DNA of 64,000 bases, from positions 70,990,001 through 71,054,000 of the forward strand of contig OX597826.1 of assembly GCA_951406725.2 (NCBI GenBank), in the 5' to 3' direction. Origin of the DNA: Octopus vulgaris. Its lineage: Eukaryota. This document shows, piece by piece, positions 43,207 through 56,784 of this stretch. The position numbers and the translations under genes are program-made. Position 1 is the stretch's first letter; each line of letters starts with the position of its first letter. The notes below the pieces were generated by a model. That model saw nothing but the letters and a program-made list of their open reading frames with translations, had not been told where the DNA came from and searched no databases.

Positions 43207-43806
43207 TACATACATACATACATGCATACATACATGCATACATACATACATACATACATACATACATACATACATACATACATACATACATACATACATA
43301 CATACATACATACATACATACATACATACATACATACATACATACATACGTACATACATACATACATACATACATACATACATACATACATACATACATA
43401 CATACATACATACATGCATGCATACATACATACATACATACATACATACATACATACATACATACATACATACATACATACATACATACATACATACATA
43501 CATACATACGTACATACATACATACATACATACATACATACATACATACATACATACATACATACATACATACATACATACATACATACATACATACATA
43601 CATACATACATACATACATACATACATACATGCATACATACATACATACATACATACATACATACATACATACATACATACATACATACATACATACATA
43701 CATACATACATACATACATACATACATACATACATACATACGTACATACATACATACATACATACATACATACATACATACATACATACATACATACATA
43801 CATACA
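43207..43806. repeat. (TACA)n tetranucleotide array, ~600 bp
   Basis: Direct inspection. Confidence 0.97.
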
Positions 43807-43848
43807 TTCTCACACTCGAAGCGGACAAGACATACTTTCTGACATGCT

Positions 43849-43888
<40 letters not shown>

Positions 43889-45284
43889 GGTATGTACATA
43901 TATGTATGTATATATGCATATATTTATATATTATTTATATTATTATATATATGTATGTATGTATGTATATGTATGTATGTATGCATATATGTATGTATGC
44001 ACGCATATATGTATGTATTTATGCATGTATATGTGTATGTATGTACGTATGTATGGATGGATGGATGGATGGATGGATGCATACAAACTTGTCGCTAGAG
44101 GCGCGGTTACCAACGGAGCAACATCCGCTGGTAATGTACGTAAACATCATATTACAGCATCACCAAGTATCATAAAACTCACTGGATGTAGAGGGATGCT
44201 TACCATGAGATATTATTAGGCAACATGTACAGCAGCGATACATCCTAGTTATATTATAAAATTGTTTTCTGTAATTAGATATTTTTTTGTTCCATGTAGT
44301 AACGAGCCTTCTGGTGAATATCATGGCTGACACCCTCTTTAATCAACGCTGTTTATTGCAACAAAGACTCTATTTTCTGTGATAGCCTTCAGTATTCTTT
44401 ATTACATTATCCGACAACAAGAGTGTATGTGTTCATTATGTGTTCTAATGCTAAATTCAATTATCTTGTGTTTTTGCGTTGGATGCCGTAGACATGTTTC
44501 TGTTGTTGTTATTGCTTTTACTATTGTAATTCTTACAGTACTGGTCACCTCTCATTCCTTAACATTCTAAAAATCAATACATTCTTTTTCCCCTAATGAT
44601 GAACGAGTAACGTATTTAAAATAACGAATGATATACTGTGTTAAAACTGTACGTAAGGATGATAGATGGTAGAATTGGTAGAACAGCTTATGAAATACGC
44701 CGAGGTGTTCTCTTATGTTCCTTTAGGTTCAAAGTTCAAATCTAAGCAATTTCTACTTAGCCGCAACGACGCCATCAGGAGTTGATGGCGCAAATACGGA
44801 AGGAAGGAAAAACGAACTGTTCCTTACTAATTTGATTTGTACCAATATTTCAATCTAAGTAATCATATATACTGCAGCTTTATCATCAAAGATGTCAAAC
44901 TGTAACTATGCTGTGTTTTGTTTGTTTGTTTTTTGTTTTGTTTTTATTTTTTGGTTTTTTTGTGGGGTAAGAGGGTCTTTTTTGATACAGTATATTTAGT
45001 AAGGTATGATCTGAAGGAGATATGGTTGCTATTTTTAACAAGTTCCTATGACTATCTAAAGGCTTCTTCTTTGGCTGGCTGCCGTTGCAGTAGGAGACAC
45101 CGCTGTCTTCTATTATAATTGCTTTCACTCTACAAACTGAGCTTTTATACTTGCATGCTGTTTCATTGTAACCATTTGAAAGTAAATAAAATTAACTCTA
45201 GATGAATGTCAGGCAAAGATAAACTCGGCCTAATTTGAACTCAGAACGTCAGGTTCCGTAATTAAATTTAAAAAATAAATAAAT

Positions 45285-45531
45285 CCGCCCTTTTATAACT
45301 TAGCTAGGCTCATGGGCCCGGTTTCCCGGTTTCTATGGAGTATGTGTTCCCCAGCAGGACGGGACGCCAGTCCATCGAAGCGTTACTAATTTTGGCCTAC
45401 TGAATGGACTGGAGCAACGTGAAATGAAGTGTTTTGCTCAAGAACACAATGTGTCGCCCGGTCCAGGAATCGAAACCACAATCTTACGATCATGATGCTG
45501 ACACCCTAACCACTAAGCCACACGCCTCCAC
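45285..45531 (-). mobile_element. SINE family B nested in an older family C copy
   Basis: Reverse complement of 23491-23752; GTAATTAAAT duplicated at both ends. Confidence 0.88.
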
Positions 45532-45704
45532 TCTGTAATTAAATACCAGTTATTTTGTCCGATACCTTAACGATTCTGCCAGTCCATCGCTCACATCGGG
45601 ATCGAAACCGAAATAGTCGTGGATAAAGATTGTAACGACGAAACATGTTACTACAGTTAGCTACTTTGTTTACCACAACAGCCTCTCCTTAAAATCGTGG
45701 ATTC

Positions 45705-45880
45705 AAATTTTGGCACGAGGCCGGCAATTTAGAGAGAGAGGGTATAAGTCGATTACATTCGAACCCAGTATTCAACTGGTACTCAGTTTATCGACCCCAA
45801 ATGGATGAAAAGCAAAGTCAACCTCGGCGAAATTTTAGCTCAGAGCGTAAAGACGGACGAAATGCCGCTAAGCACGTTAC
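45705..45880 (-). mobile_element. SINE family C (alternative tail), diverged
   Basis: TTTATCGACCCCAAATGGATGAAAAGCAAAGTCAACCTCGGCG body. Confidence 0.75.
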
Positions 45881-46391
45881 AACAGCCAGTTACTTTATTT
45901 AACACACCAGCTTCTCCTTAAAATATTCATTGACTAAATAATTAACGTAGGCTCGAATTTAACTCTGTCTTTCAACCTCACAAGAGATTTATGAATCAGA
46001 GAATTAGAACTTATGAATCAGAGAATTAAAGAACATTCTCACTTACAGCAAGATTAATATCTCACGAGAAAAGTTTTGGCCGCTTCTTGCTTTCACTGAG
46101 CGACAAAATAAACAGATACAGAGTTAATTTAATATGTGCACGTTGAACTATTGAATGCATATGCATAATTTTACTCTAATTATTAAGATTAAATTTAAAA
46201 GAATCTTTGATAATACTGGCGTATAATTCATGTAATCAGAGACTTGCTTGGTGTATTTGTATATTGAAGATACAACATGATCAACATAGTGTTAAATTTC
46301 ACCACGTATCGCCATTGGCACAGAAATTGTGAATGTCCCAGTATTTCGATAGCTTAGATCAACAGAAGACAGTATAGCCATATGAATGTGT

Positions 46392-46487
<96 letters not shown>

Positions 46488-48212
46488 GTGCTTGCGTGTG
46501 CATTCAAGCCACGATAGATAAGTTCAGCTGATATATATATGTATATATAATACTAATTCAATATTTTTATTTCTTTTTTGTACATTCAAGCATATATATG
46601 TGTGTGTGTGTAAATACATTAAATAAATACATATACATACATATGCATGTATATACATGCATGCATACATACATAAATGTACTTATACATATACACATAT
46701 CGGATTGAACCCGCATAGCTCTGAGCATATTATTGTCGCAATTAATTCGTGTAATCAGCGGCACCAATAGCAAGATAAAGTTGACAACGTTTTCATTGTC
46801 CTCCATTACTCTGTTCAACGCCTACACAAAAGAAACCCTTCCAGCGACCAACCGATGTCTTATGATTTGCTGGTCATCAGCGTATTGGATGGACTTTTGT
46901 GATTCGGATAGGATTACACTTATTATCAGTATCGATTCATGAAACCTAAATCTGTTTCTGATATACCTGATTTCTTTTTATGCTGTGTTGTTTCTTGTGG
47001 CTATATAATCTAAGACATTTACTCCATAACTGCTTGTTTTCTGGTTCAATCCTACTGCATGTCAACTAGCGAATCTCTGTTCGGCTGTAATCTTTGGACC
47101 GTGAAAGCACTGCAAACGAAATTTGATAAACGAAAACTATATCGAAGCACTTCTGAGAGGTTATTCTTGCTCTAAGGTGGTACACTTAATCCGCTACCCG
47201 ATTTAGCACTACTGTCTGGTTCTTGGATACCTTTAGAGGAGTACATGGGGCTGCCTGCTGACAGGTGACGGTCGTTTAGAAAAAGCGCGGGCTAAAACTA
47301 CGCGCCTTCGCTAGTCAGTTAAGGTGAGACAGTGTCACGTGACAACTTGCTGGGGCTGCCTGCTGGAGCCTATGCGGCAGGTATTTAAAGGGAAAAATTT
47401 AAGACAGTCAGTCACCGGCTGACACTCGCTGACAATACATCGAAGAGGCCAGAGAACAGAAGAAAGAAGACATGCACCCAACACCAGAGCTGAAGACACC
47501 TCCGAAAGGGGGGGGGGCACGTCAAAACGGTAGAAGAGTAGGGGCCGAAACCGGACGTGGTTCCTCCTGATGATGTCTTGAGCTAACTGGATCCTATAAA
47601 GGAGCTGTTGTTGTAGCAGACCACGAAACACGGTTGTAAATCCCCCCTAGTCATGTTTTAAATTTGAAGCTAACTTCCTTTTTCCCACCAATTTCTGATG
47701 TCTTGGAAACTGCTGTGTGGCCACCTTTCTTTCTCTGAATAATTCATTAAAATATTTTTAAATGCTTAACCAGCATAAGTAAACAGCTTCGTGGTTGCAT
47801 CATATAGAACGCGTTGCTTCCATCATATTGACTTTCTACATGGCAACTGGTAAGAATGAACGTCTGTCTGCAAAGACAAGGACAAATCTTGCACAGATGA
47901 TTGATGATATTTTATATTTTATGTGACTAAAATACATGATACATGATGTTGCCAATAGATTAGAGGATATTATAGTTACTACATTTCATGTATAGAGAGA
48001 GACAGACAGGTAGGTATATACAGACACAGTCAGATATTTTGACACAACATACATGCACATATATCTATTTTGTATGTGTGTTTGTATGTGTGTGTGTGTG
48101 TGTGTATAAATACATATATGTGTGTATCCACACACACACACATATAGAGAGAGGGGGAGATAGAGATGGAGGGAGCGAGTGAAAGGGAAATTATAAGCAT
48201 GTGTGTATATAT

Positions 48213-48272
<60 letters not shown>

Positions 48273-48273
48273 A

Positions 48274-48665
48274 CGAGCAAAACGCCCCACGTCCAATGGA
48301 TGGTGCTGAGTTGTCAAACATTTAAACCAAATTTTCTCAAAACAACTTGTCCGACCATCCCATAGGCCTCCCCTTTGAGAAACACTGAATTAATCTAAAT
48401 TTGAAACACCAGCAAAAGAAGAAATAAAGATAGACTTTTTTTCTATTCCAAAGAAAAATGATTTCCCACGGCTTTATCGATCGCATTCTCACCTGGAATC
48501 GATTTTTGTAATTTTTTTCCACACTTATACACGCCCTGATACCGTCGGTATCTACATGTCAAATTTGAGCGCAATCGGATGGAGAATTTTCTTGTTTTCA
48601 GATTTCCGACATTTTGCTTAAGACAATAAAGACACACACAAACACAGAACGGATTTTATATAAGA
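48274..48665 (-). mobile_element. Non-autonomous Helitron-like element (family H2)
   Basis: Minus strand starts TCTTATATAAAATCCG and ends with a hairpin + CTCG|T; homologous to 15961-16321. Confidence 0.72.
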
Positions 48666-49419
48666 GGTATGTATATATATATATATATATTCCTTATGTA
48701 TACACTATGTGCGCGTGCGTAGCATGTGTATCTGTGTCTGTGTCTTGTGTCTGTTCTAGAACGCCAAACTGTTTCTCTGATAGATTATTATTACTTTAAG
48801 CTAAGAAGTAGTGAAACATTCAGACAAATTAGAACGACTTCAGTTACAAAACACATATCAGTGTCATACAAAAGCAGACGTAAAGGCCGCCATTGAATAG
48901 AATTTTCTTGTTTTCAGATTTCCGCCATTTTGCTTAGGACAATAAATTAATGTTGTAAGACGAGAAACGCACAGGAAATACTAGAAGAATGAGAATTTCA
49001 ATGAGTGAATCGTGAGCATAATAATGGAAACAAACTGTTTCTGTGAAATATAATTAAGAACGTCTTAACAAGATGGCAGTGGTTGACACGGTAGCGTGTC
49101 GAACACATGCCTTGTAGTATTTAGTTACATAAATAACAACTCGATAAAATTTAATCAGGAGAAAAAAGGCTGAAGTCTATTCTGGCAGAAAGTGAACAAG
49201 CAAATATTTAATTAGTTTCAAATCTCTGAATTGTTAGTTCAAACCTCAGCAAAACCGACTTCACCGTTCATCTCCCCCAGAATCGATAGAATAAATCGGA
49301 GGCACATATTTAGTTTCTATCGTCTGCAGATCACCCGTTTCGCTTTTTTTAAAATCTTCGATATTGTAGAAATGAATTTACTTCTTTTCTCTTTTTTTTT
49401 TTACAAATTATAAACGATT

Positions 49420-49823
49420 AGACGCAGGAATGGCTGTGTGGTAAGTAGCTTGCTTACCAACCACATGATTCTGGGGTCAGTCCCACTGCGTGACATCTTG
49501 GGCAAGCGTCTTCTACTATAGCCTCGGGCCGACCAAAGCCTCGTGAGTGGATTTGGTAGACGGAAACTGAAAGAAGCCCGTCGTATATATGTATATGTAT
49601 AAATATGTGTGTGTGTGTGTGTCTGTATTTGTCCCCGAAACATCACTTGACAACCGATGCTGGTGTGTTTACGTCCTCGTAACTTAGCGGTTCGGCAAAA
49701 GAGACCGATAGAATAAGTACTAGGCTTACAAAGAATAAGTCCTGGGGTCTATTTGCTCGACTAAAGGCGGTGCTCCAGCATGGCCGCAGTCAAATGACTG
49801 AAACACGTAAAAGAGTAAAAGAG
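49420..49823 (+). mobile_element. Full-length SINE family D
   Basis: Box A-like TGGCTGTGTGG, box B-like GGGTCAGTCCC, CORE-like CTTGGGCAAG, internal microsatellite, (GTAAAAGA)n tail. Confidence 0.9.
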
Positions 49824-50287
49824 ATTGTATTGTAATAAATTATTACAAATTATTAATTATCGAGAACAGAACTAATTGATTTAGAGAAACCTTAAAGTGA
49901 AATTCTTTAATGGATATAACTTACATGTACGAAACTATGGCTTCACAAACTGATGTCATATAATGATGATTTTGTATAATACATAATGAAACATAGATCT
50001 TACTTAAGCGATAATTGAAGAGACGGTTACGCAGACCACGAATCCACATAGCGAATTATTTTACATGGAATTTAATTAATAGTTGATTGTAATTATAATA
50101 ATGAAATATAATTCGTTCCAACAAATGTTTTCCCGTTCGTAAACACGAAATCTGTTGTCAAAGCAGACTAGCGTTGGAGTCTTTATGTAGTCATTTGATC
50201 CGTTAGAAATAGCAGTCAAATTTCCCTCATATAGCAAACATTACTGTTTTAAATTAGGAAGAAATTTACTGGATAATATAGTCCAAA

Positions 50288-50685
50288 TCTTTATATATAT
50301 AAGGGAAGTTGTGTGTCTGTCTCCTACGATTTAGATTCCTAACTACTCCCACATTTTGCGGTGCAGTTTAACCAAAAGCGGGTATCTTATAGTCGTGATT
50401 TATATCGAGCCCTTCTGGGTATTAGCACGCGTCTACGATGAGTCTACGATTTAAAAAAAAGTTACCATCATTGTTTTCCATTTTAATGCATTTTTTCGCT
50501 ATTATATAAGGGAAGTAACTCTCTAAAAATGTCTACGATGGGTCAACGATTTAAAAAAAAAAATTACCATCGTTTTTTTTCCACTTTTAATGCATCTTTT
50601 TGCTATTTTTTGGCTATAACTCTCTAAAAATGCTTATATAGTTATTTCCCTTACAAACCCGAGCAATGCCGGGCGATACTGCTAG
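50288..50685 (+). mobile_element. Complete non-autonomous Helitron (family H1)
   Basis: A|TC 5' end, internal tandem repeat (GTCTACGAT..TTACCATC..TTTTAATGCAT), hairpin CCCGAGCAATGCCGGG, CTAG|T 3' end, no TSD. Confidence 0.85.
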
Positions 50686-50849
50686 TTATTCATAAAAATG
50701 TTGAGTGGTTATAACTAGATTGTCTTTAGCCAACGGTCTACTCTGTCAGAGTTGATCTGGGCTAAGTATTCTTATCATCAATGCGAGTTCCATTTTCCAA
50801 AATGGGAACTCCTCTGACCCTGCCAACCATCGTGCTATTGCAGTCAAAG

Positions 50850-51990
50850 AAGATCACTTACTAGACATAAGTTCTTCGCTCCTTTCGCAGCTGTTCTTGA
50901 CCCTGGGTTGTCATTTCTGCTTCTCTCTAGTTCGATCCCTGATTCCTTGTAAGTTCCTTCCAGATTTCGCAGCACTGCGTCATATATTTCCCTGGAGTTA
51001 GGCCTTTTCCCAGGCATTGTAAGTTTTGAATTGTCGTAGATGCGTCTGTAAATTTGCTTTTTTTTTCTTCTATACAAATCCATTTTTACCTCCGAGAAGG
51101 GCTGATCCATATTAGTCTGGCCACTATACTTTGGCCTCTCCCGTATGGGAAGTCCTAGTAGGATCTCTGCTGGTGTAGCTCTCTGGATCAGTGAGGCATG
51201 CAAGTCATCACATAGCAACGGGGACTGGAATTAGTGATGGGGACAGTCAATAAGAAGAATCTTCTCCAACATTTGCAATCTCACTCTTTCGTTGTATCTT
51301 TCACAGTTAGATCTATTGGAGACACACTTCTATGAAAATCCCCATAGAGCTTTTACCCTTGATAAAGTTGGTGGAAGTAGAAATTTGGTTTTGACATCAG
51401 TAATGATTTGATAATTTCTGGCACATGAAACCTCTGGTAAAACTATTCGTCTGTCGGATCATTTTATCTCTTAGCTCTTGAATATATGGCTTTGTGTTAG
51501 ATTTAACTGTTTCAGTATATATTGATGGAGTTCTCTACGTGACCAAAAGGCGGCGAGCTGACAGAAACGTTAGCAAGCCCGGGCGAAATGCTTAGCGGTA
51601 TTTCGTCTGCCGCTACGTTCTGAGTTCAAATTCTGCCGAGGTTCACTTTGCCTTTCATCCTTTCGGGGTCGATTAAATAAGTACCAGTCACGCACTGAAG
51701 TCGATGTAATCGACTTAATCCGTTTGTCTGTCCTTGTTTGTCCTCTCTATGTTTAACCCCTACGTGACCAAGCTTCTATCAAATCTGAAATGCTCCACGG
51801 TCTGTCTTAATTGTATTGTCTTGCTTTGGATACAGCGAATGGGGCTCGATTGTGTGAAATAACAGCACCGTCCCAAATAAGTATGGTAGCTGTACTCTAG
51901 CATATATCTCCTTCTTTTTCTTGTTCTTGTTGTCACTTTTTAGCCTAAGGCGAAACCTGAACGGACACATCTCGGATCAAAAGCGTTCCA
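50850..51990 (-). pseudogene. Degraded Gypsy-type integrase remnant
   Basis: RFHVPEII.., RSNCERYNERVRLQMLEKI and RATPAEILLGLPIRER..KKKQIY resemble the integrase core and C-terminal motifs (FGIPE, SNG.AER, SPAELLFGR.IR). Confidence 0.5.
51549..51759 (+). mobile_element. SINE family C monomer, 3'-truncated
   Basis: TSD CTACGTGACCAA at 51535-51546 and 51760-51771. Confidence 0.9.
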
Positions 51991-52004
51991 ACTGTGTTTC
52001 ATAG

Positions 52005-52250
52005 CAGGGGGTGGTGGCGACCCCTGTTCTACTCTTTCACTCCAACTTTCTCTCCCTCTTCCTTCCTGTTTCTTTCCCCGATTTCCTACGCAACCACTGA
52101 GCCTGGACGCGCATTCACCGAACCGTCGATGCTCTCGGTGTCGGGGGTTGACCTGCTTTCTTTTCTGCGGGTCTTACGAATAGCAAAGGACCACGTTTCG
52201 GACTTCTCCCACTAGACGATGACCGCTACGCTCAACAGCAACAACAGCAA
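52005..52250 (+). mobile_element. Probable SINE/LINE 3' fragment with (CAA/CAG)n tail
   Basis: GC-richer segment ending GACCGCTACGCTCAACAGCAACAACAGC; the ACTCTTTCAC..AACTTTCTCTC block resembles family A. Confidence 0.45.
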
Positions 52251-52643
52251 GCTCCGTGGCAGATACTACAGCTATTTTCAGAGCACCACTAATTGCTGCT
52301 CCTCCGAGAATAACAAGAGCAATGAAATCGCCTCGTCTTCAGTGCCACAAGCACCAATTGCAAGCGTTGACCTATCTCCTCTTCTAGCTCAGGACCGGCC
52401 ACAGGCTAACGAGCAGCAGTGCCACTCCGATGTCTTGTGCGTTGGGGAGAAAAAATGGAGATGTAGATGAATGGGAAACTGTTGGGGCCACAGTAGGGAA
52501 CGAAAGAGGGGGCAAAAGAAATACGAGTTTACGCAAATGGCAAACAATAGGCTTTAAGTCTCTCACGAAGATCTCATCCCCCCACAGTATTTATGAACTT
52601 TATGGTTATCCAAAAAGGTGATTGCAGTATAATTCAATCTATT

Positions 52644-52900
52644 TTTTCTTTTGCGCCCTTTTAAAGCCTAGCCAGGCTCATGGGCCCGGTTTCCCGGTTT
52701 CTATGGCGTAAGTGTTCCCCCAGCTGGACGGAACGCCAGTCCATCGCAGCGTTACTCATTTTTGCCAGCTGAGTGGACTGGAACAATGTGAAATGAAATG
52801 TTTTGCTCAAGAACACAGCGCGTCACCCGGTCCAGGAATCGAAACCACAATCTTACGACCATGATGCTGACACCCTAACCACTAAGCCACGCGCCTCCAC
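52644..52900 (-). mobile_element. SINE family B
   Basis: Reverse complement of 23491-23752; AATCTATT duplicated at the flanks. Confidence 0.9.
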
Positions 52901-52982
52901 AAATTAATCTATTACTGTTCCTAAAAGAGCAGGAATTAAATACCATACTAATTGAGATAGAGAGGCGCCAGTAGCAGCAGCA

Positions 52983-53033
<51 letters not shown>

Positions 53034-54290
53034 TCTTCACAATCTGCTCCTCATCATCTTATTTTTCTTTCCTCTCAATTTTTTTTTTTTCATTATCTGA
53101 AGTTTTTTTTTTTACATCTTTCATCTGTCATCATTTATATTTGAGTTTTTTACTGTCTTCTTTTTTTTAATATTTTTCATGTAAGCAGAACAAATAAGCG
53201 AAGCGATGAGGAATTTGAAGAAAAAAAAAAGCGTTACGTTGTTCCACTTTCCTCTTCTTCTTTTTTCCTTTTTTCCTCTTCTTCTTTTTCTCCTTCTTCT
53301 ACTACCACTATCATTACTATTTCTACTTCATCCCCCTCCTCTCTTTCATCTTCACCTTCGTTTCATCATCATTATCATCATCATCCTCATCATCATCATC
53401 ATCATCGCCATCGTCATCATCATCATCATCATCATCAACATCATTACCATCATCATCATCATCAACATCATCCATAATCCTCATCACCGTCGTCATCGTT
53501 GTCATCGTCATATATGCTTTTTTTTTGTTTGCTTTTTTTGTTTTTGTTTTATTATTTTTTTTTTCTTCTCCTTCGTTTTTTACTCTTTCTTCTTCGTATT
53601 CTTTCATATTACAGGAGACAGGAAATGAAATCTTGTAATGTTCGTGATCCTGATGTTGTTGTTGTTGTTGTTGTTGCTGTTGTTGCTGTTGCGTTGCTAA
53701 CTGTTGTATAGCAATCATTGTTGCTGTTGTTGTTGTTGTTGTTGTTGCTGTTGTTGTTGTTGTTGTTGTTATTCTTCTTGTTAATGGTATTACTGTTAAC
53801 TGTATCGATAACCTCTCGACACAGAAAGCCAGAGATTAACAGAATACAGTGGAAGCTGAACAGAGTGCGTTTGCGCGACGCTCATGCCTTCTCTCTCTCT
53901 CTCTCTCTCCTCATTCTCTCCTTTCTCTCTTTCTCTCTCTTTATCTCTCTCTCTCTCTCTCTCTCCCCTTCACTCTTTCTCACACTTACCTACACAGACT
54001 ATCTTTCTCGCACATACACACGCTCTCTCCTTCAGTCACACACCTACACTCTCTCACTCTCTGTCTCTCTTTCTCTCTCACACACACGTACACATTCTCG
54101 TACTATATCTCTCACACACGCACTCCCTCACACACACACACATACTCTCGCAAGCATGCACGCACAGTCTCACTCTCACACACATACACATAGACAGACA
54201 CCCTTCTACACTCTCTAACTCCCACTCTTTCACACACAAACTTCACACTCTCTCTCTCTCTCTGTCTTTGAATCAGTCTCTCTCTCCCTT

Positions 54291-54337
<47 letters not shown>

Positions 54338-54470
54338 CTCACCCTTTCCCTCCTGTTGTTTCTGTTTGTGAATATCTACAGCATCTTGTCTACAAACGAC
54401 ATTAGCAGGTCACGGTGATCGTTGCGTGGAAACTGGATTCTTACTCGCACCAATTGCTTTGTTGCTGCTG

Positions 54471-54497
54471 CCACAGTTGTTGTTGGTGTTGTTGTTG

Positions 54498-54529
<32 letters not shown>

Positions 54530-54775
54530 GGTGGTGGTGGTGGTGGTGGTGGTGGTGGTGGTGGTGGTGGTGGTGTTGGTGTTGGTGTTGGTGTTGGTGT
54601 TGTTGGTGTTGTTCGTGGTGGTGTTGTCGGTGGTGATGTTGTTGGTGGTGATGTTGGTGGTGGTGTTGTTGTTGTTGTTGTGGTGGTGGTGGTGGTGGCG
54701 CTGCTGCTGCTCGTGATGGTGGTGGTTGTGGTGGTTGTGGTGATGGTGGTGATGGTAGCCCACAGTTGTTGTTGG

Positions 54776-54845
<70 letters not shown>

Positions 54846-54970
54846 GGTGGTGGTGGTGGTGGTGTTGTTGGTGGTGGTGGTGTTGGTGTTGGTGTTGGTG
54901 TTGGTGTTGTTGGTGTTGTTCGTGGTGGTGTTGTCGGTGGTGATGTTGTTGGTGGTGATGTTGGTGGTGG

Positions 54971-55001
<31 letters not shown>

Positions 55002-55077
55002 GGTGGCGCTGCTGCTGCTCGTGATGGTGGTGATGGTGGTGGTTGTGGTGGTTGTGGTGATGGTGGTGATGGTAGCC
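54471..55077. repeat. Tandem duplication (~290-320 bp) of a GGT/GTT compound repeat
   Basis: Anchors CCACAGTTG, GTTCGTGGTGGTGTTGTCGG, GGCGCTGCTGCTGCTCGTG and GATGGTAGCC each occur twice in order. Confidence 0.9.
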
Positions 55078-55394
55078 TTGAGGGAATGGCATGTTTCGCC
55101 CTTGTATAACCTACCATAGCTGCATGGGATGGACTACACGCAGTTTTGGGTCATATTTTCTTCTATTGGTGGTTTTACACGAACAAGATATTAGCGAAGT
55201 GTTGTATTACTCTTGAATACAGTCCTGATGTCATATGGGTCGCATACCTTTTGTATCTTTTCGGAGAGGCCCTTCACATAGTTCACTTCGCAACCATGTG
55301 GTTCCAAGTTCAAATTCATTGCTCGACACATTCACTTAATGTCTCCTGCCGTAAGCTTGATCGATGGAATTTGGTAAGCAGAAACTGAGCTAAA

Positions 55395-56179
55395 GGCAGC
55401 GAGCTGACAGAATCGATAGCACGCCGGGCGAAATGCTTAACGGTAAATCGTCTGCCGTTACGTTCTGAGTTCAAATTCCGCCCAGGTCGACTTTGCCTTT
55501 CATCCTTTCGAGGTCGATTAAATAAATACCAGTTACGCACTGGGGTCGATATAATCGACTTAATCCCTTTGTTTGTCCTTGTTTGTCCACTCTATGTTTA
55601 GCCCCTTGTGGTTAGTAAAGAAATAGGTATTTCGTCTGTCTTTACGTTCTGAGTTCAAATTCCGCCGAGGTCGACTTTGCCTTTCATCCTTTCGGGGTCA
55701 ATTAAATAAGTACCAGTTACGCACTGGGGTCGATGTAATCGACTTAATCCGTTTGTCTGTCCTTGTTTGTCCACTCTATGTTTAGCCCCTTGTGGTTAGT
55801 AAAGAAATAGGTATGTCGTCTGCCGTTATGTTCTGAGTTCAAATTCCGCCGAGGTCGACTTTGCCTTTCATCCTTTCGGGGTCAATTAAATAAGTACCAG
55901 TTACGCACTGGGGTCGATGTAATCGACTTAATCCGTTTGTCTGTCCTTGTTTGCCCTCTCTGTGTTTAGCCCCTTGTGGTTAGTAAAGAAATAGGTATTT
56001 CGTCTGCCGTTACGTTCTGAGTTCAAATTCCGCCCAGGTCGACTTTGCCTTTCATTCTTTCGGGGTCGATTAAATAAGTACCAGTTACGCACTGGGGTCG
56101 ATATAATCGACTCAATCCGTCTGTCTGTCCTTGTTTGTCCCCTCTGTGTGTAGCCCCTTGTGGGTAGTAAAAAGAAATA
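55395..56179 (+). mobile_element. SINE family C tetramer (head + 184-bp units starting 55627, 55811, 55995)
   Basis: Single head, four box-B copies; 15-bp TSD AGAAACTGAGCTAAA at 55380-55394 and 56180-56194. Confidence 0.95.
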
Positions 56180-56322
56180 AGAAACTGAGCTAAAGCATGT
56201 GGTGTGTGTGTGTGTGTGCGCGTGTGTGTGTGTATTAGTGTAATCTGATGTGTCCAATAGCGTTCTTTTATGACCAAAAAGAGAATGTAATCATTTGATA
56301 AAGAGAAAGTAATAAAATAATA

Positions 56323-56605
56323 CCTTGTGAGTGGATTTGGTAGACGGAAACTGAAAGAAGCCCGTCGTATATATGTATATATATATGCGTGTGTGTGTTT
56401 GTGTGTCTGTGTTTGTCCCCCTAGTATTGCTTGAAAACCGATGCTGGTGTGTTTACGTCCCCGTCACTTAGCGGTTCGGCAAAAGAGACCGATAGAATAA
56501 GTACTGGGCTTACAAAGAATACGTCCTGGGGTCGATTTGCTCGACTAAAGGCAGTGCTCCAGCATGGGCGCAGTCAAATGCTGAAACAAAATAAAGAGTA
56601 AGAGA
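56323..56605 (+). mobile_element. SINE family D, 5'-truncated
   Basis: Matches ~49540-49823. Confidence 0.88.
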
Positions 56606-56784
56606 CTGAGGTCGATGTGATCTACTAAATCTTCTCACTGCATTGCCCCAGCATGGCCGTAGTCCAACGACACAGAACGGCAAAAGAATAAAATGGTAGA
56701 TAAATAAACGAATAAAAAGATTTAAACTAAATGAAAAAATATATTTGAATAAAAAAAATTTTAATGATAGCGGTGATTGTAGTC

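Noticed and set aside
43047-44098. Long ORFs of 200-300 aa (MYVC/HTYI repeats; similar ones at 2.4-3.2, 29, 36 and 38 kb)
   Set aside because: Translations of stop-free tetranucleotide and dinucleotide microsatellites, open in many frames on both strands
50770-50845. PIFQNGNSSDPANHRAIA, resembling a CR1/Jockey RT motif
   Set aside because: Only ~25 codons; too short to annotate confidently
55395-56179. CRISPR-like or satellite array
   Set aside because: No unique spacers; units are SINE bodies bounded by a TSD
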